From the sequence record MZ234035.1: a DNA stretch of 64,000 nucleotides; one strand, written 5' to 3'. The notes under the pieces are model-generated. The model was not told where the DNA came from and did no database searches. It saw nothing but the letters and a program-made list of their open reading frames with translations. The DNA comes from Escherichia phage vB_EcoM-G3F7. Below, piece after piece: positions 18,864-29,280 of the stretch. The translations under genes and the position numbers were made by a program. How positions within the stretch are numbered: the stretch's first letter is position 1; every line of letters starts with the position of its first letter.

Positions 18864-19123
18864 CTTTTGATGAATTTAAAAATGTTATGATGAGTCAGCA
18901 TTTTGAATGCGAAGTAAAAGATGATATTGGGCATAAAGAAATTATTGAATATTGGTTTGAACCGTTAGAGGTTGAAGATAATTGTATTAAAAAGGTTACA
19001 GTCTGCACTGACTGGGCTGTATCTTTTAACTTCAACATTTTAGATAATGACACACCTAAATCATTACGAGATATGGCTGTATCTTGTATTAAGGATGCAT
19101 ACTGTGAAGTTTTCGACATTTGA
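18860..19123 (+). CDS. hypothetical protein (46.2 position)
   Basis: 87-aa ORF; ATGA overlap with gene 47 stop. Confidence 0.5.
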   Translation: MTFDEFKNVMMSQHFECEVKDDIGHKEIIEYWFEPLEVEDNCIKKVTVCTDWAVSFNFNILDNDTPKSLRDMAVSCIKDAYCEVFDI

Positions 19124-19310
19124 CATTAATGATGAATTCATAGCAAATATTGATTACACCGAAGAAGATTCTAGATATGTTGGAATAATTTATATCACAT
19201 CAAAAGCAGCACAAGGTGTTGTTTGCATGGCTGAATTTGATGAATACTTTTTAGATTATGATGATATGATAGAATGGTCTAAAAGATACATTAAAAGGAA
19301 TCTTTTGTGA
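19095..19310 (+). CDS. hypothetical protein (46.1 position)
   Basis: ORF with internal ATG at 19095; start uncertain. Confidence 0.4.
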   Translation: MHTVKFSTFDINDEFIANIDYTEEDSRYVGIIYITSKAAQGVVCMAEFDEYFLDYDDMIEWSKRYIKRNLL

Positions 19311-20989
19311 AGAATTTTAAACTAAACCGAGTTAGGTATCAAAATATAATGTCAGTAGGTGGAAATCCTATTGACATTCAACTAGATAAGGTTCAAAAAA
19401 CTCTTATTACTGGACGAAATGGTGGTGGTAAGTCTACTATGTTAGAAGCCATCACATTTGGGCTTTTTGGCAAGCCATTTCGTGATGTAAAGAAAGGTCA
19501 ATTAATAAACAGCACAAATAAGAAAGAACTTTTAGTTGAACTGTGGATGGAATATGATGAGAAAAAGTACTATATCAAAAGAGGACAAAAACCGAACGTT
19601 TTCGAAATCACCGTTAACGGTACACGTCTTAATGAATCTGCCAGCAGTAAAGATTTCCAAGCAGAATTTGAACAGCTTATCGGAATGTCATATGCCAGTT
19701 TCAAGCAGATTGTTGTCCTTGGTACAGCAGGGTATACCCCTTTCATGGGTTTGTCGACCCCTGCGCGAAGAAAGCTTGTGGAAGACCTGCTTGAGGTAGG
19801 AACATTAGCTGAAATGGATAAGCTTAATAAAGCACTAATACGTGAATTAAATTCACAAAACCAAGTGCTTGATGTTAAAAAAGATAGTATTATCCAACAA
19901 ATTAAAATATATAATGATAACGTTGAACGCCAGAAAAAATTAACGGGTGACAACCTTACTCGTCTTCAAAATATGTATGATGATTTGGCAAAAGAAGCTA
20001 GAACGCTAAAATCGGAAATAGAAGAAGCTAATGAAAGATTAGTTAATATTGTTTTAGATGAAGACCCGACTGATGCATTTAATAAAATCGGTCAAGAAGC
20101 AGTTTTAATTAAATCAAAAATTGACTCGTATAATAAAGTCATTAATATGTATCACGAAGGTGGATTATGTCCAACCTGCTTGTCACAATTAAGTTCCGGT
20201 GATAAAGTTGTTTCTAAAATTAAAGATAAAGTTTCTGAATGTACGCATTCGTTTGAACAGCTTTCAACACACCGTGATAATTTAAAAGTTCTTGTTGATG
20301 AATACCGAGATAATATTAAAACCCAACAGTCGTTGGCAAATGATATTCGCAATAAAAAGCAATCTCTAATCACGACGGTAGATAAAGCTAAAAAAGTTAA
20401 AGCGGCTATAGAAAAAGCATCTTCTGAGTTTATTGACCATGCTGATGAAATAGCACTGCTTCAAGAAGAACTTGATAAAATTGTTAAGACAAAAACTAAT
20501 TTAGTAATGGAAAAATACCACCGAGGAATTTTGACTGATATGCTCAAAGATTCTGGTATTAAAGGTGCTATTATTAAAAAGTACATTCCATTATTTAATA
20601 AGCAGATTAACCATTATCTTAAAATAATGGAAGCGGATTATGTGTTTACATTAGATGAAGAATTTAATGAGACAATTAAATCCCGTGGTCGCGAAGATTT
20701 TAGTTATGCTTCATTTAGTGAAGGTGAAAAAGCAAGAATTGATATTGCTCTTTTATTTACTTGGCGTGATATTGCTTCTATTGTATCTGGTGTTAGTATT
20801 AGTACATTAATACTCGATGAAGTGTTTGATGGGTCATTTGATGCCGAAGGTATTAAAGGTGTAGCTAATATTATAAATTCAATGAAAAACACTAATGTTT
20901 TTATAATTTCGCATAAAGACCATGACCCGCAAGAATATGGTCAGCATCTTCAAATGAAGAAAGTTGGTCGATTTACTGTAATGGTTTAA
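19307..20989 (+). CDS. 46: recombination nuclease ATPase subunit gp46 (Rad50-like)
   Basis: 560 aa; Walker A GRNGGGKST; CPTC zinc hook; apparent GTG start. Confidence 0.9.
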   Translation: MKNFKLNRVRYQNIMSVGGNPIDIQLDKVQKTLITGRNGGGKSTMLEAITFGLFGKPFRDVKKGQLINSTNKKELLVELWMEYDEKKYYIKRGQKPNVFEITVNGTRLNESASSKDFQAEFEQLIGMSYASFKQIVVLGTAGYTPFMGLSTPARRKLVEDLLEVGTLAEMDKLNKALIRELNSQNQVLDVKKDSIIQQIKIYNDNVERQKKLTGDNLTRLQNMYDDLAKEARTLKSEIEEANERLVNIVLDEDPTDAFNKIGQEAVLIKSKIDSYNKVINMYHEGGLCPTCLSQLSSGDKVVSKIKDKVSECTHSFEQLSTHRDNLKVLVDEYRDNIKTQQSLANDIRNKKQSLITTVDKAKKVKAAIEKASSEFIDHADEIALLQEELDKIVKTKTNLVMEKYHRGILTDMLKDSGIKGAIIKKYIPLFNKQINHYLKIMEADYVFTLDEEFNETIKSRGREDFSYASFSEGEKARIDIALLFTWRDIASIVSGVSISTLILDEVFDGSFDAEGIKGVANIINSMKNTNVFIISHKDHDPQEYGQHLQMKKVGRFTVMV

Positions 20990-21003
20990 TTTATAAGAGA
21001 TTA

Positions 21004-21027
21004 TGCTTTAATTTATTAGAGTATAAT
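21004..21027 (+). promoter_or_regulatory. MotA-box middle promoter
   Basis: TGCTTTA box, 11-nt spacer, TATAAT. Confidence 0.5.
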
Positions 21028-21044
21028 CTCTATGGAGGAAAAAC

Positions 21045-21233
21045 ATGGAATATTCAACTGGACAGCATCTATTAACTATTCCTGAAATAAAACGATATAT
21101 TCTGAGAAATAATTTTTCTAATGAAGAGCATATAGTTACTGAATCTATGCTTAGGAATGCATTTAAAGCAGAATATACAAAAATAATGTCCAATAGAAAT
21201 GAAGCTTGGACTGTTACTGATTATTATGACTAA
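21045..21233 (+). CDS. hypothetical protein
   Basis: 62-aa ORF after MotA-box promoter 21004-21027. Confidence 0.4.
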   Translation: MEYSTGQHLLTIPEIKRYILRNNFSNEEHIVTESMLRNAFKAEYTKIMSNRNEAWTVTDYYD

Positions 21234-21242
21234 AGGTGTATT

Positions 21243-21632
21243 ATGACTAAAATTACTGTGAATTATAACGTTGATGTAAAAGATATTCAGCCAAAACACG
21301 TGCGTTCTGAATCAAATCCACAAAACCAAAATAAAATTCGTCGAGCATGGGTTTTGTCTCTTTCTGATAACGCAATGGAAGTTATTCAGAACAAAATTAA
21401 ATCTGCACCTGCTCGTCATGCGTATTATGAAGCTATCGATCGTGAAGTAAGTAATAAATGGATTGAACTAATGCGCAAACATACTACAGAATCCCTAAAC
21501 GCCGGTGCTAAATTTATTATGACTTCATGTGGTGAACGTCTTGAAGATGATTATTGCGGTAATGCAGATGAACGTCTAATTGTTGCTGCTCAAATTGTTG
21601 CGGAAACAATTGCGGCTGATTTTAATCGTTAA
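21243..21632 (+). CDS. rpbA: RNA polymerase-binding protein RpbA
   Basis: 129 aa, position upstream of gene 45, length matches T4 RpbA. Confidence 0.6.
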   Translation: MTKITVNYNVDVKDIQPKHVRSESNPQNQNKIRRAWVLSLSDNAMEVIQNKIKSAPARHAYYEAIDREVSNKWIELMRKHTTESLNAGAKFIMTSCGERLEDDYCGNADERLIVAAQIVAETIAADFNR

Positions 21633-21687
21633 TTGCTTTATTAAATTAGTTATAAAATTAAATCTCATTTGAATTGAAGGAAATTAC

Positions 21688-22374
21688 ATGAAACTGTCTA
21701 AAGATACACTGAATATTTTGAAAAATTTCGCTACTATTAACTCTGGCATTATGCTTAAATCCGGTCAATTTATTATGACTCGCGCAGTTAATGGTACAAC
21801 TTATGCGGAAGCAAATATTTCTGACGTTATTGATTTTGATGTAGCAATTTACGATTTGAACGGTTTTCTCGGTATTCTGTCTCTAGTTAATGATGATGCA
21901 GAAATTTCCCAGTCAGAAGATGGAAATATTAAAATTGCTGATGCTCGTTCAACAATTTTTTGGCCAGCAGCCGATCCGAGTACAGTAGTTGCTCCTAATA
22001 AACCAATTCCATTCCCGGTAGCATCTGTTGTTACTGAAATTAAAGCTGAAGACCTTCAACAACTGTTGCGTGTATCTCGTGGTCTGCAAATTGATACAAT
22101 TGCTATCACGGTAAAAGAAGGTAAAATCGTAATTAACGGTTTTAATAAAGTAGAAGATTCTGCTCTGACCCGTGTTAAATATTCTTTGACTCTTGGTGAT
22201 TATGATGGTGAAAATACATTTAATTTCATTATCAATATGGCAAATATGAAAATGCAACCAGGAAATTATAAACTTCTGCTCTGGGCAAAAGGTAAACAAG
22301 GTGCTGCTAAATTTGAAGGTGAACACGCGAATTATGTAGTAGCTCTTGAAGCTGATTCTACCCACGATTTTTAA
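21688..22374 (+). CDS. 45: sliding clamp gp45
   Basis: 228 aa; matches T4 gp45 length; followed by terminator hairpin. Confidence 0.9.
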   Translation: MKLSKDTLNILKNFATINSGIMLKSGQFIMTRAVNGTTYAEANISDVIDFDVAIYDLNGFLGILSLVNDDAEISQSEDGNIKIADARSTIFWPAADPSTVVAPNKPIPFPVASVVTEIKAEDLQQLLRVSRGLQIDTIAITVKEGKIVINGFNKVEDSALTRVKYSLTLGDYDGENTFNFIINMANMKMQPGNYKLLLWAKGKQGAAKFEGEHANYVVALEADSTHDF

Positions 22375-22377
22375 TAG

Positions 22378-22396
22378 AGGGCTTCGGCCCTTTATA
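22378..22396 (+). terminator. intrinsic terminator after gene 45
   Basis: AGGGC-TTCG-GCCCT followed by TTTAT. Confidence 0.65.
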
Positions 22397-22425
22397 ATTT
22401 ACACTAAAACTTGAATGAGGAAATT

Positions 22426-23385
22426 ATGATTACCGTAAATGAAAAAGAACACATTCTTGAACAGAAATATCGTCCATCTACTATCGATGAATGTATTCTT
22501 CCCGCCTTTGATAAAGAAACCTTTAAATCTATTACAAGTAAAGGTAAGATTCCACATATTATTCTTCATTCTCCTTCTCCAGGAACAGGTAAAACAACTG
22601 TAGCAAAAGCATTGTGTCATGATGTAAATGCTGATATGATGTTTGTAAATGGATCAGACTGTAAAATTGATTTCGTTCGCGGTCCTTTGACTAATTTTGC
22701 CAGTGCAGCTTCATTTGATGGTCGTCAAAAAGTAATCGTTATTGATGAATTTGACCGTTCAGGGCTAGCAGAGTCTCAGCGACATCTTCGTTCATTTATG
22801 GAAGCTTATAGTTCAAACTGTAGTATTATTATTACTGCTAACAATATTGATGGTATTATTAAACCACTTCAGTCACGCTGCCGAGTTATTACATTCGGTC
22901 AACCGACCGATGAAGATAAAATTGAAATGATGAAGCAGATGATTCGTCGATTGACTGAAATCTGTAAGCATGAAGGAATTGCTATAGCTGATATGAAAGT
23001 TGTAGCAGCTTTGGTTAAAAAGAATTTTCCTGATTTTCGTAAAACTATTGGCGAGCTCGATAGTTATTCATCTAAAGGTGTTTTGGATGCTGGTATTTTA
23101 TCACTGGTTACTAACGATCGTGGTGCTATTGATGATGTTCTTGAGTCTCTCAAAAATAAAGATGTTAAACAACTCAGAGCTTTAGCACCAAAATATGCAG
23201 CTGATTATTCGTGGTTCGTGGGTAAACTTGCCGAAGAAATCTATACACGCGTAACTCCGCAAAGTATTATTCGTATGTATGAAATTATTGGTGAAAATAA
23301 CCAGTATCATGGTATTGCAGCTAATACTGAATTGCATCTAGCTTATCTTTTCATTCAGTTAGCATGTGAAATGCAGTGGAAGTGA
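22426..23385 (+). CDS. 44: clamp loader large subunit gp44
   Basis: 319 aa from ATG 22426; Walker [11 protein letters not shown]. Confidence 0.9.
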   Translation: MITVNEKEHILEQKYRPSTIDECILPAFDKETFKSITSKGKIPHIILHSPSPGTGKTTVAKALCHDVNADMMFVNGSDCKIDFVRGPLTNFASAASFDGRQKVIVIDEFDRSGLAESQRHLRSFMEAYSSNCSIIITANNIDGIIKPLQSRCRVITFGQPTDEDKIEMMKQMIRRLTEICKHEGIAIADMKVVAALVKKNFPDFRKTIGELDSYSSKGVLDAGILSLVTNDRGAIDDVLESLKNKDVKQLRALAPKYAADYSWFVGKLAEEIYTRVTPQSIIRMYEIIGENNQYHGIAANTELHLAYLFIQLACEMQWK

Positions 23386-23386
23386 T

Positions 23387-23950
23387 ATGAGCTTATTTGA
23401 AGATGATATTCAATTAAACGAGCATCAAGTTGCTTGGTATTCAAAAGATTGGACAGCTGTCCAATCCGCTGCTGATTCTTTTAAAGAAAAAGCTGAAAAT
23501 GAATTTTTTGAAATAATTGGAGCTATTAATAATAAAACTAAATGCTCTATTGCTCAAAAAGATTATTCAAAATACATGGTTGAGAATGCATTATCACAAT
23601 TTCCTGAATGCATGCCAGCTGTATATGCTATGAATTTAATTGGATCAGGTTTAAGTGATGAAGCTCATTTTAATTATCTGATGGCTGCAGTTCCTCGTGG
23701 TAAAAGATATGGTAAATGGGCAAAACTGGTTGAAGATTCCACCGAAGTATTGATTATTAAGTTACTTGCTAAACGGTATCAAGTTAATACAAATGATGCA
23801 ATTAACTATAAATCAATTCTTACTAAAAATGGAAAACTTCCTTTAGTATTAAAAGAACTAAAAGGTTTAGTCACGGATGATTTTTTGAAAGAAGTGACTA
23901 AGAACGTAAAAGAACAGAAACAACTCAAAAAACTAGTATTGGAATGGTAA
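23387..23950 (+). CDS. 62: clamp loader small subunit gp62
   Basis: 187 aa from ATG 23387; position between 44 and regA. Confidence 0.8.
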   Translation: MSLFEDDIQLNEHQVAWYSKDWTAVQSAADSFKEKAENEFFEIIGAINNKTKCSIAQKDYSKYMVENALSQFPECMPAVYAMNLIGSGLSDEAHFNYLMAAVPRGKRYGKWAKLVEDSTEVLIIKLLAKRYQVNTNDAINYKSILTKNGKLPLVLKELKGLVTDDFLKEVTKNVKEQKQLKKLVLEW

Positions 23951-23951
23951 A

Positions 23952-24320
23952 ATGATTGAAATTACTCTTAAAAAACCTGAAGATTTTCTGAAAGTAAAAG
24001 AAACTTTGACTCGTATGGGAATTGCTAATAATAAAGATAAAGTTCTGTATCAGTCCTGTCATATTCTTCAGAAAAAAGGACTATACTATATCGTTCATTT
24101 TAAAGAAATGCTTCGTATGGATGGTCGCCAAGTTGAAATGACAGAAGAAGATGAAGTTCGTCGTGATTCGATTGCATGGCTGTTAGAAGATTGGGGACTG
24201 ATTGAAATCGTTCCTGGTCAAAGAACTTTTATGAAAGATTTAACTAATAACTTCCGAGTTATTTCTTTTAAACAAAAACATGAATGGAAGCTCGTTCCTA
24301 AATATACGATTGGTAATTAA
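23952..24320 (+). CDS. regA: translational repressor RegA
   Basis: 122 aa; matches T4 RegA length and position. Confidence 0.85.
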   Translation: MIEITLKKPEDFLKVKETLTRMGIANNKDKVLYQSCHILQKKGLYYIVHFKEMLRMDGRQVEMTEEDEVRRDSIAWLLEDWGLIEIVPGQRTFMKDLTNNFRVISFKQKHEWKLVPKYTIGN

Positions 24321-24321
24321 T

Positions 24322-24543
24322 ATGACTGCTATAACTCCGCAAGAATACATGGCGTCTCTTAAAGAAAAATATAATCTTTCTGCAACAGAAACACTTTTTG
24401 ATTTACCAGAAAACCTTCAACTAAAATTTCAGGTAGAATTTCAAAAATTAATTCATCCAGAACAAAAACACTTTACCGCAGTCGTTAAGTCAATTAATGC
24501 AGATGGAATGACAATTTTTCACCGACAAATAGTACTAATTTAA
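24322..24543 (+). CDS. hypothetical protein
   Basis: 73-aa ORF from ATG 24322 ending at terminator hairpin. Confidence 0.4.
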   Translation: MTAITPQEYMASLKEKYNLSATETLFDLPENLQLKFQVEFQKLIHPEQKHFTAVVKSINADGMTIFHRQIVLI

Positions 24544-24545
24544 GC

Positions 24546-24568
24546 AAGGGGCTTCGGCCCCTTATTTG
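24546..24568 (+). terminator. intrinsic terminator upstream of gene 43
   Basis: AAGGGGC-TTCG-GCCCCTT followed by ATTT. Confidence 0.6.
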
Positions 24569-24585
24569 GAGTATAATATATCAAG

Positions 24586-24621
24586 AGCCTAATAACTCGG
24601 GCTATAAACTAAGGAATATCT
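24586..24621 (+). promoter_or_regulatory. gene 43 translational operator hairpin
   Basis: AGCCU-AAUAACUC-GGGCU stem-loop just 5' of gene 43 RBS and ATG. Confidence 0.55.
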
Positions 24622-27318
24622 ATGAAAGAATTTTATATCTCTATTGAAACAGTCGGAAATAACATCGTTGAACGTTATATTGATGAAAACGGAAAGGAAC
24701 GTACTCGTGAAGTAGAATATCTTCCGACTATGTTTAGGCATTGTAAGGAAGAGTCAAAGTACAAAGACATCTATGGTAAAAACTGCGCTCCTCAAAAATT
24801 TCCATCAATGAAAGATGCTCGAGATTGGATGAAACGAATGGAAGACATCGGTCTCGAAGCTCTCGGTATGAACGATTTTAAACTCGCTTATATCAGTGAT
24901 ACATATGGTTCAGAAATTGTTTATGACCGAAAATTTGTTCGTGTAGCTAACTGTGACATTGAGGTTACTGGTGATAAATTTCCTGACCCAATGAAAGCTG
25001 AATATGAAATTGATGCTATCACTCATTATGATTCAATTGACGATCGTTTTTACGTCTTTGATTTGTTGAATTCAATGTACGGTTCAGTATCAAAATGGGA
25101 TGCAAAGTTAGCTGCTAAGCTTGACTGTGAAGGTGGTGATGAAGTTCCTCAAGAAATTCTTGACCGAGTAATTTATATGCCATTCGATAATGAGCGTGAT
25201 ATGCTCATGGAATATATCAATCTTTGGGAACAGAAACGACCTGCTATTTTTACTGGTTGGAATATTGAGGGATTTGACGTTCCGTATATCATGAATCGCG
25301 TTAAAATGGTTCTCGGTGAACGCAGTATGAAACGTTTCTCTCCAATCGGTCGAGTAAAATCTAAACTAATTCAAAATGTGTACGGTAGCAAAGAAATTTA
25401 TTCTATTGATGGCGTATCTATTCTTGATTATTTAGATTTGTATAAGAAATTCGCATTTACTAATTTGCCGTCATTCTCTTTGGAATCAGTTGCTCAACAT
25501 GAAACCAAAAAAGGTAAATTACCATACGACGGTCCTATTAATAAACTTCGTGAGACTAATCATCAACGATACATTAGTTATAACATCATTGACGTAGAAT
25601 CAGTTCAAGCAATTGATAAAATTCGCGGGTTTATCGATCTAGTTTTAAGTATGTCTTATTATGCTAAAATGCCTTTTTCTGGTGTAATGAGTCCTATTAA
25701 AACTTGGGATGCTATTATTTTTAACTCATTGAAAGGTGAACATAAGGTTATTCCTCAACAGGGTTCGCACGTTAAACAGAGTTTTCCGGGTGCATTTGTG
25801 TTTGAACCTAAACCAATTGCTCGTCGATATATTATGAGTTTTGACTTGACGTCTCTGTATCCGAGCATTATTCGTCAGGTTAACATTAGTCCTGAAACTA
25901 TTCGTGGTCAGTTTAAAGTTCATCCAATTCATGAATATATCGCAGGAACAGCTCCTAAACCAAGTGATGAATATTCTTGTTCTCCGAATGGATGGATGTA
26001 TGATAAGCATCAAGAAGGTATCATTCCAAAGGAAATCGCTAAAGTATTTTTCCAGCGTAAAGATTGGAAAAAGAAAATGTTCGCTGAAGAAATGAATGCC
26101 GAAGCTATTAAAAAGATTATTATGAAAGGCGCAGGGTCTTGTTCAACTAAACCAGAAGTTGAACGATATGTTAAGTTCAGTGATGATTTCTTAAATGAAC
26201 TATCGAATTACACCGAATCCGTTCTCAATAGTCTGATTGAGGAATGTGAAAAAGCAGCTACACTTGCTAACACAAATCAGCTGAACCGTAAAATTCTTAT
26301 TAACAGTCTTTATGGTGCTCTTGGTAATATTCATTTCCGTTACTATGATTTGCGAAATGCTACTGCTATCACAATTTTCGGTCAAGTCGGTATTCAGTGG
26401 ATTGCTCGTAAAATTAATGAATATCTAAATAAAGTATGTGGAACTGATGGTGAAGATTTCATTGCCGCGGGTGATACTGATTCGGTATATGTTTGTGTAG
26501 ATAAAGTAATTGAAAAAGTAGGTCTTGACCGCTTTAAAGAACAAAATGATTTAGTTGAATTCATGAATCAGTTTGGTAAGAAAAAGATGGAACCTATGAT
26601 TGATGTTGCATATCGTGAGTTATGTGATTATATGAATAATCGCGAGCATCTGATGCATATGGACCGTGAAGCTATTTCTTGCCCTCCACTTGGTTCAAAG
26701 GGCGTTGGTGGATTTTGGAAAGCGAAAAAGCGTTATGCTCTGAACGTTTATGATATGGAAGATAAACGATTTGCTGAACCGCATCTAAAAATCATGGGTA
26801 TGGAAACTCAACAGAGTTCAACACCAAAAGCAGTGCAAGAAGCTCTCGAAGAAAGTATTCGTCGTATTCTTCAGGAAGGTGAAGAGTCTGTCCAAGAATA
26901 TTACAAAAACTTCGAGAAAGAATATCGTCAGCTTGACTATAAAGTTATTGCTGAAGTAAAAACTGCGAACGATATAGCGAAATATGATGATAAAGGTTGG
27001 CCAGGATTTAAATGTCCGTTCCATATTCGCGGTGTGCTAACTTATCGTCGAGCTGTTAGTGGTCTGGGTGTAGCTCCAATTTTGGATGGAAATAAAGTAA
27101 TGGTTCTTCCATTGCGTGAAGGAAATCCATTTGGTGACAAGTGCATTGCTTGGCCGTCGGGCACAGAACTTCCAAAAGAAATTCGTTCTGATGTACTATC
27201 TTGGATTGACTACTCAACTTTGTTCCAAAAATCGTTTGTTAAACCGCTTGCGGGCATGTGTGAATCGGCTGGTATGGACTATGAAGAAAAAGCTTCGTTA
27301 GACTTCCTGTTTGGCTGA
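24622..27318 (+). CDS. 43: DNA polymerase gp43 (family B)
   Basis: 898 aa; exonuclease DIE and polymerase DTDS motifs. Confidence 0.95.
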   Translation: MKEFYISIETVGNNIVERYIDENGKERTREVEYLPTMFRHCKEESKYKDIYGKNCAPQKFPSMKDARDWMKRMEDIGLEALGMNDFKLAYISDTYGSEIVYDRKFVRVANCDIEVTGDKFPDPMKAEYEIDAITHYDSIDDRFYVFDLLNSMYGSVSKWDAKLAAKLDCEGGDEVPQEILDRVIYMPFDNERDMLMEYINLWEQKRPAIFTGWNIEGFDVPYIMNRVKMVLGERSMKRFSPIGRVKSKLIQNVYGSKEIYSIDGVSILDYLDLYKKFAFTNLPSFSLESVAQHETKKGKLPYDGPINKLRETNHQRYISYNIIDVESVQAIDKIRGFIDLVLSMSYYAKMPFSGVMSPIKTWDAIIFNSLKGEHKVIPQQGSHVKQSFPGAFVFEPKPIARRYIMSFDLTSLYPSIIRQVNISPETIRGQFKVHPIHEYIAGTAPKPSDEYSCSPNGWMYDKHQEGIIPKEIAKVFFQRKDWKKKMFAEEMNAEAIKKIIMKGAGSCSTKPEVERYVKFSDDFLNELSNYTESVLNSLIEECEKAATLANTNQLNRKILINSLYGALGNIHFRYYDLRNATAITIFGQVGIQWIARKINEYLNKVCGTDGEDFIAAGDTDSVYVCVDKVIEKVGLDRFKEQNDLVEFMNQFGKKKMEPMIDVAYRELCDYMNNREHLMHMDREAISCPPLGSKGVGGFWKAKKRYALNVYDMEDKRFAEPHLKIMGMETQQSSTPKAVQEALEESIRRILQEGEESVQEYYKNFEKEYRQLDYKVIAEVKTANDIAKYDDKGWPGFKCPFHIRGVLTYRRAVSGLGVAPILDGNKVMVLPLREGNPFGDKCIAWPSGTELPKEIRSDVLSWIDYSTLFQKSFVKPLAGMCESAGMDYEEKASLDFLFG

Positions 27319-27330
27319 TAGAATAAATCT

Positions 27331-27355
27331 AGGGACCTCCGGGTCCCTTTTTCAT
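27331..27355 (+). terminator. intrinsic terminator after gene 43
   Basis: AGGGACC-TCCG-GGTCCCT followed by TTTTC. Confidence 0.7.
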
Positions 27356-27435
27356 ACAAGTAATATAAATCTATACTTAGGAAAAATAGATGATTCTAGG
27401 TCCTGTAAATTCATTAAAAATTTTTTCACAAAACT

Positions 27436-27465
27436 GTTTACAAGACTGTTCCTCTGTGGTACTAT
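27436..27465 (+). promoter_or_regulatory. T4-type early promoter (repeat cassette)
   Basis: GTTTACAAGACTGTTCCTCTGTGGTACTAT, near-identical to 1376-1405. Confidence 0.6.
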
Positions 27466-27499
27466 ACAATTATCAACTAATACGGATTTGGAGAATAAA

Positions 27500-27736
27500 A
27501 TGAAAATTGTTATGGGATGCTTAGCAGTTTGTTTAGTTGCATTAGCAGCAGTTCCATTTGTTAGTGTTGAAAATGATACTCAACCTGTGATTGAATCTAG
27601 CACCGTTATTCACACTAATGGTAAAATATCAGTTAAAATTGATGATAATCTTCATGTGAATACTAATGGAACGCTGGGTGTTCAATTAGGTAATATCTGT
27701 GTAAGCACTACTGGAGTAATTACTACTTGTATTTGA
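27500..27736 (+). CDS. hypothetical secreted protein
   Basis: 78 aa from ATG 27500; N-terminal signal-like hydrophobic segment; downstream of early promoter. Confidence 0.45.
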   Translation: MKIVMGCLAVCLVALAAVPFVSVENDTQPVIESSTVIHTNGKISVKIDDNLHVNTNGTLGVQLGNICVSTTGVITTCI

Positions 27737-27746
27737 GGAAATTATT

Positions 27747-28127
27747 ATGAAAATCGCTATTTTGGTTATTGCATTAGGTCTTACTGGTTGTGTAGCTCAA
27801 GGACCGGTAGTAAATCAGTCTGATGCAGGAAAAATTGTAAACTGTTCAAGCAAATTTTATAATCCTAATGTCAAGTGTTATAAAGAAGCTCCAAAGCAAA
27901 CAGTCGAACAAATGCAGGCGAATTTTGACGAAGCTATTCGTCCAGATGAATCTGCTCAAGCATATCGTAATTCTGATGTAATTACACGCGAAGAAAAAAT
28001 TGAAAACTACTGCGCCGAAATTTGGGCTAATTGGGCTAATAATTACCAATGGCGTACTGGTAAAAATGCTCCGATGGAGTATGTAGTGAATTCTTATAAT
28101 TCATGCGTAAAAAATTTGACTAAGTGA
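27747..28127 (+). CDS. hypothetical lipoprotein
   Basis: 126 aa; lipobox-like LTGC after hydrophobic leader. Confidence 0.5.
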   Translation: MKIAILVIALGLTGCVAQGPVVNQSDAGKIVNCSSKFYNPNVKCYKEAPKQTVEQMQANFDEAIRPDESAQAYRNSDVITREEKIENYCAEIWANWANNYQWRTGKNAPMEYVVNSYNSCVKNLTK

Positions 28128-28134
28128 GGAAAAC

Positions 28135-28386
28135 ATGGAAACTTTAGTAGCAGGTTCAATTTTTATGGTTTTAGTATCAGGCGTGTTGGCTATTATTATA
28201 TACATGCTTCCATGGTTTATCGCCTTGATGCGTGGGTCAAAATCGACAGTAGGAATCTTTTTCACATCTTTACTGTTTAACTGGTCAATTATTGGTTGGT
28301 TTATTACATTTATTTGGTCAATTGTAGGTGAAACTAAAAAGTCTGCGCAGCCAAATCAGGTAATTATCATCAGAGAGAAGGAATGA
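28135..28386 (+). CDS. imm: superinfection immunity membrane protein Imm
   Basis: 83 aa, two hydrophobic helices; matches T4 Imm as recalled. Confidence 0.85.
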   Translation: METLVAGSIFMVLVSGVLAIIIYMLPWFIALMRGSKSTVGIFFTSLLFNWSIIGWFITFIWSIVGETKKSAQPNQVIIIREKE

Positions 28387-28532
28387 AAAGCAAAATTATA
28401 GCAGTGTTGCTTTTAATCTTGATGGTTATAATAAGTATATACTATAGTGTAACGGTTCCTCTTATGATTCCAACTATTATTTTAGGTTGGAGTTTATTAC
28501 TGTTACAAATTAAATATGAATGCATCAATTGA
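28383..28532 (+). CDS. small hydrophobic protein
   Basis: 49-aa ORF; ATGA overlap with imm stop. Confidence 0.35.
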   Translation: MKSKIIAVLLLILMVIISIYYSVTVPLMIPTIILGWSLLLLQIKYECIN

Positions 28533-28539
28533 GGTTTAA

Positions 28540-29280
28540 ATGATTAACGATTATATGACAGTTGAAGAAATCCGTCTTGATTTGGGTCTTGCATTAAAGG
28601 AAAAAGATTTCGTAATTGATAAAACCGGGGTTAAAACTATTGAAATTATTGGTGCATCATTTGTAGCAGATGAACCTTTTATTTTTGGCGCTCTTAATGA
28701 TGAATACATTCAGCGTGAACTTGAATGGTATAAATCTAAGAGCTTGTTCGTTAAAGATATTCCAGGTGAAACACCGAAGATTTGGCAGCAGGTAGCATCT
28801 TCTAAAGGCGAAATTAACTCGAATTATGGTTGGGCTATCTGGTCAGAAGATAACTATGCTCAGTATGATATGTGTTTAGCTGAACTTGGTCAAAATCCTG
28901 ATTCTCGACGTGGTATCATGATTTATACTCGTCCATCCATGCAATTTGACTACAATAAAGATGGTATGTCAGATTTCATGTGTACGAATACAGTACAGTA
29001 CCTGATTCGTGATAAGAAAGTCAATGCAGTAGTAAGCATGCGCTCAAATGACGTGGTCTTCGGATTCCGTAATGATTATGCATGGCAAAAATACGTATTA
29101 GATAAATTAGTATCTGATTTGAATGCAGGCGATTCAACTCGTCAGTATAAAGCAGGTTCTATTATATGGAATGTTGGAAGTCTTCATGTATATTCTCGTC
29201 ATTTTTACTTGGTTGATCATTGGTGGAATACTGGCGAAACTCATATTGTGAAAAAAGATTATAACGGTGAGTGGAAATGA
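28540..29280 (+). CDS. 42: dCMP hydroxymethylase gp42
   Basis: 246 aa; thymidylate-synthase-like fold; matches T4 gp42 length. Confidence 0.9.
   Translation: MINDYMTVEEIRLDLGLALKEKDFVIDKTGVKTIEIIGASFVADEPFIFGALNDEYIQRELEWYKSKSLFVKDIPGETPKIWQQVASSKGEINSNYGWAIWSEDNYAQYDMCLAELGQNPDSRRGIMIYTRPSMQFDYNKDGMSDFMCTNTVQYLIRDKKVNAVVSMRSNDVVFGFRNDYAWQKYVLDKLVSDLNAGDSTRQYKAGSIIWNVGSLHVYSRHFYLVDHWWNTGETHIVKKDYNGEWK

Noticed and set aside
19570-19953. Minus-strand ORFs of 60-150 codons lying inside plus-strand genes (for example 19570-19953, 21949-22365, 45142-45850, 56128-56478, 57340-57733)
   Set aside because: Each is fully antisense to a well-supported conserved gene, lacks an RBS and has low-complexity composition; treated as chance ORFs.
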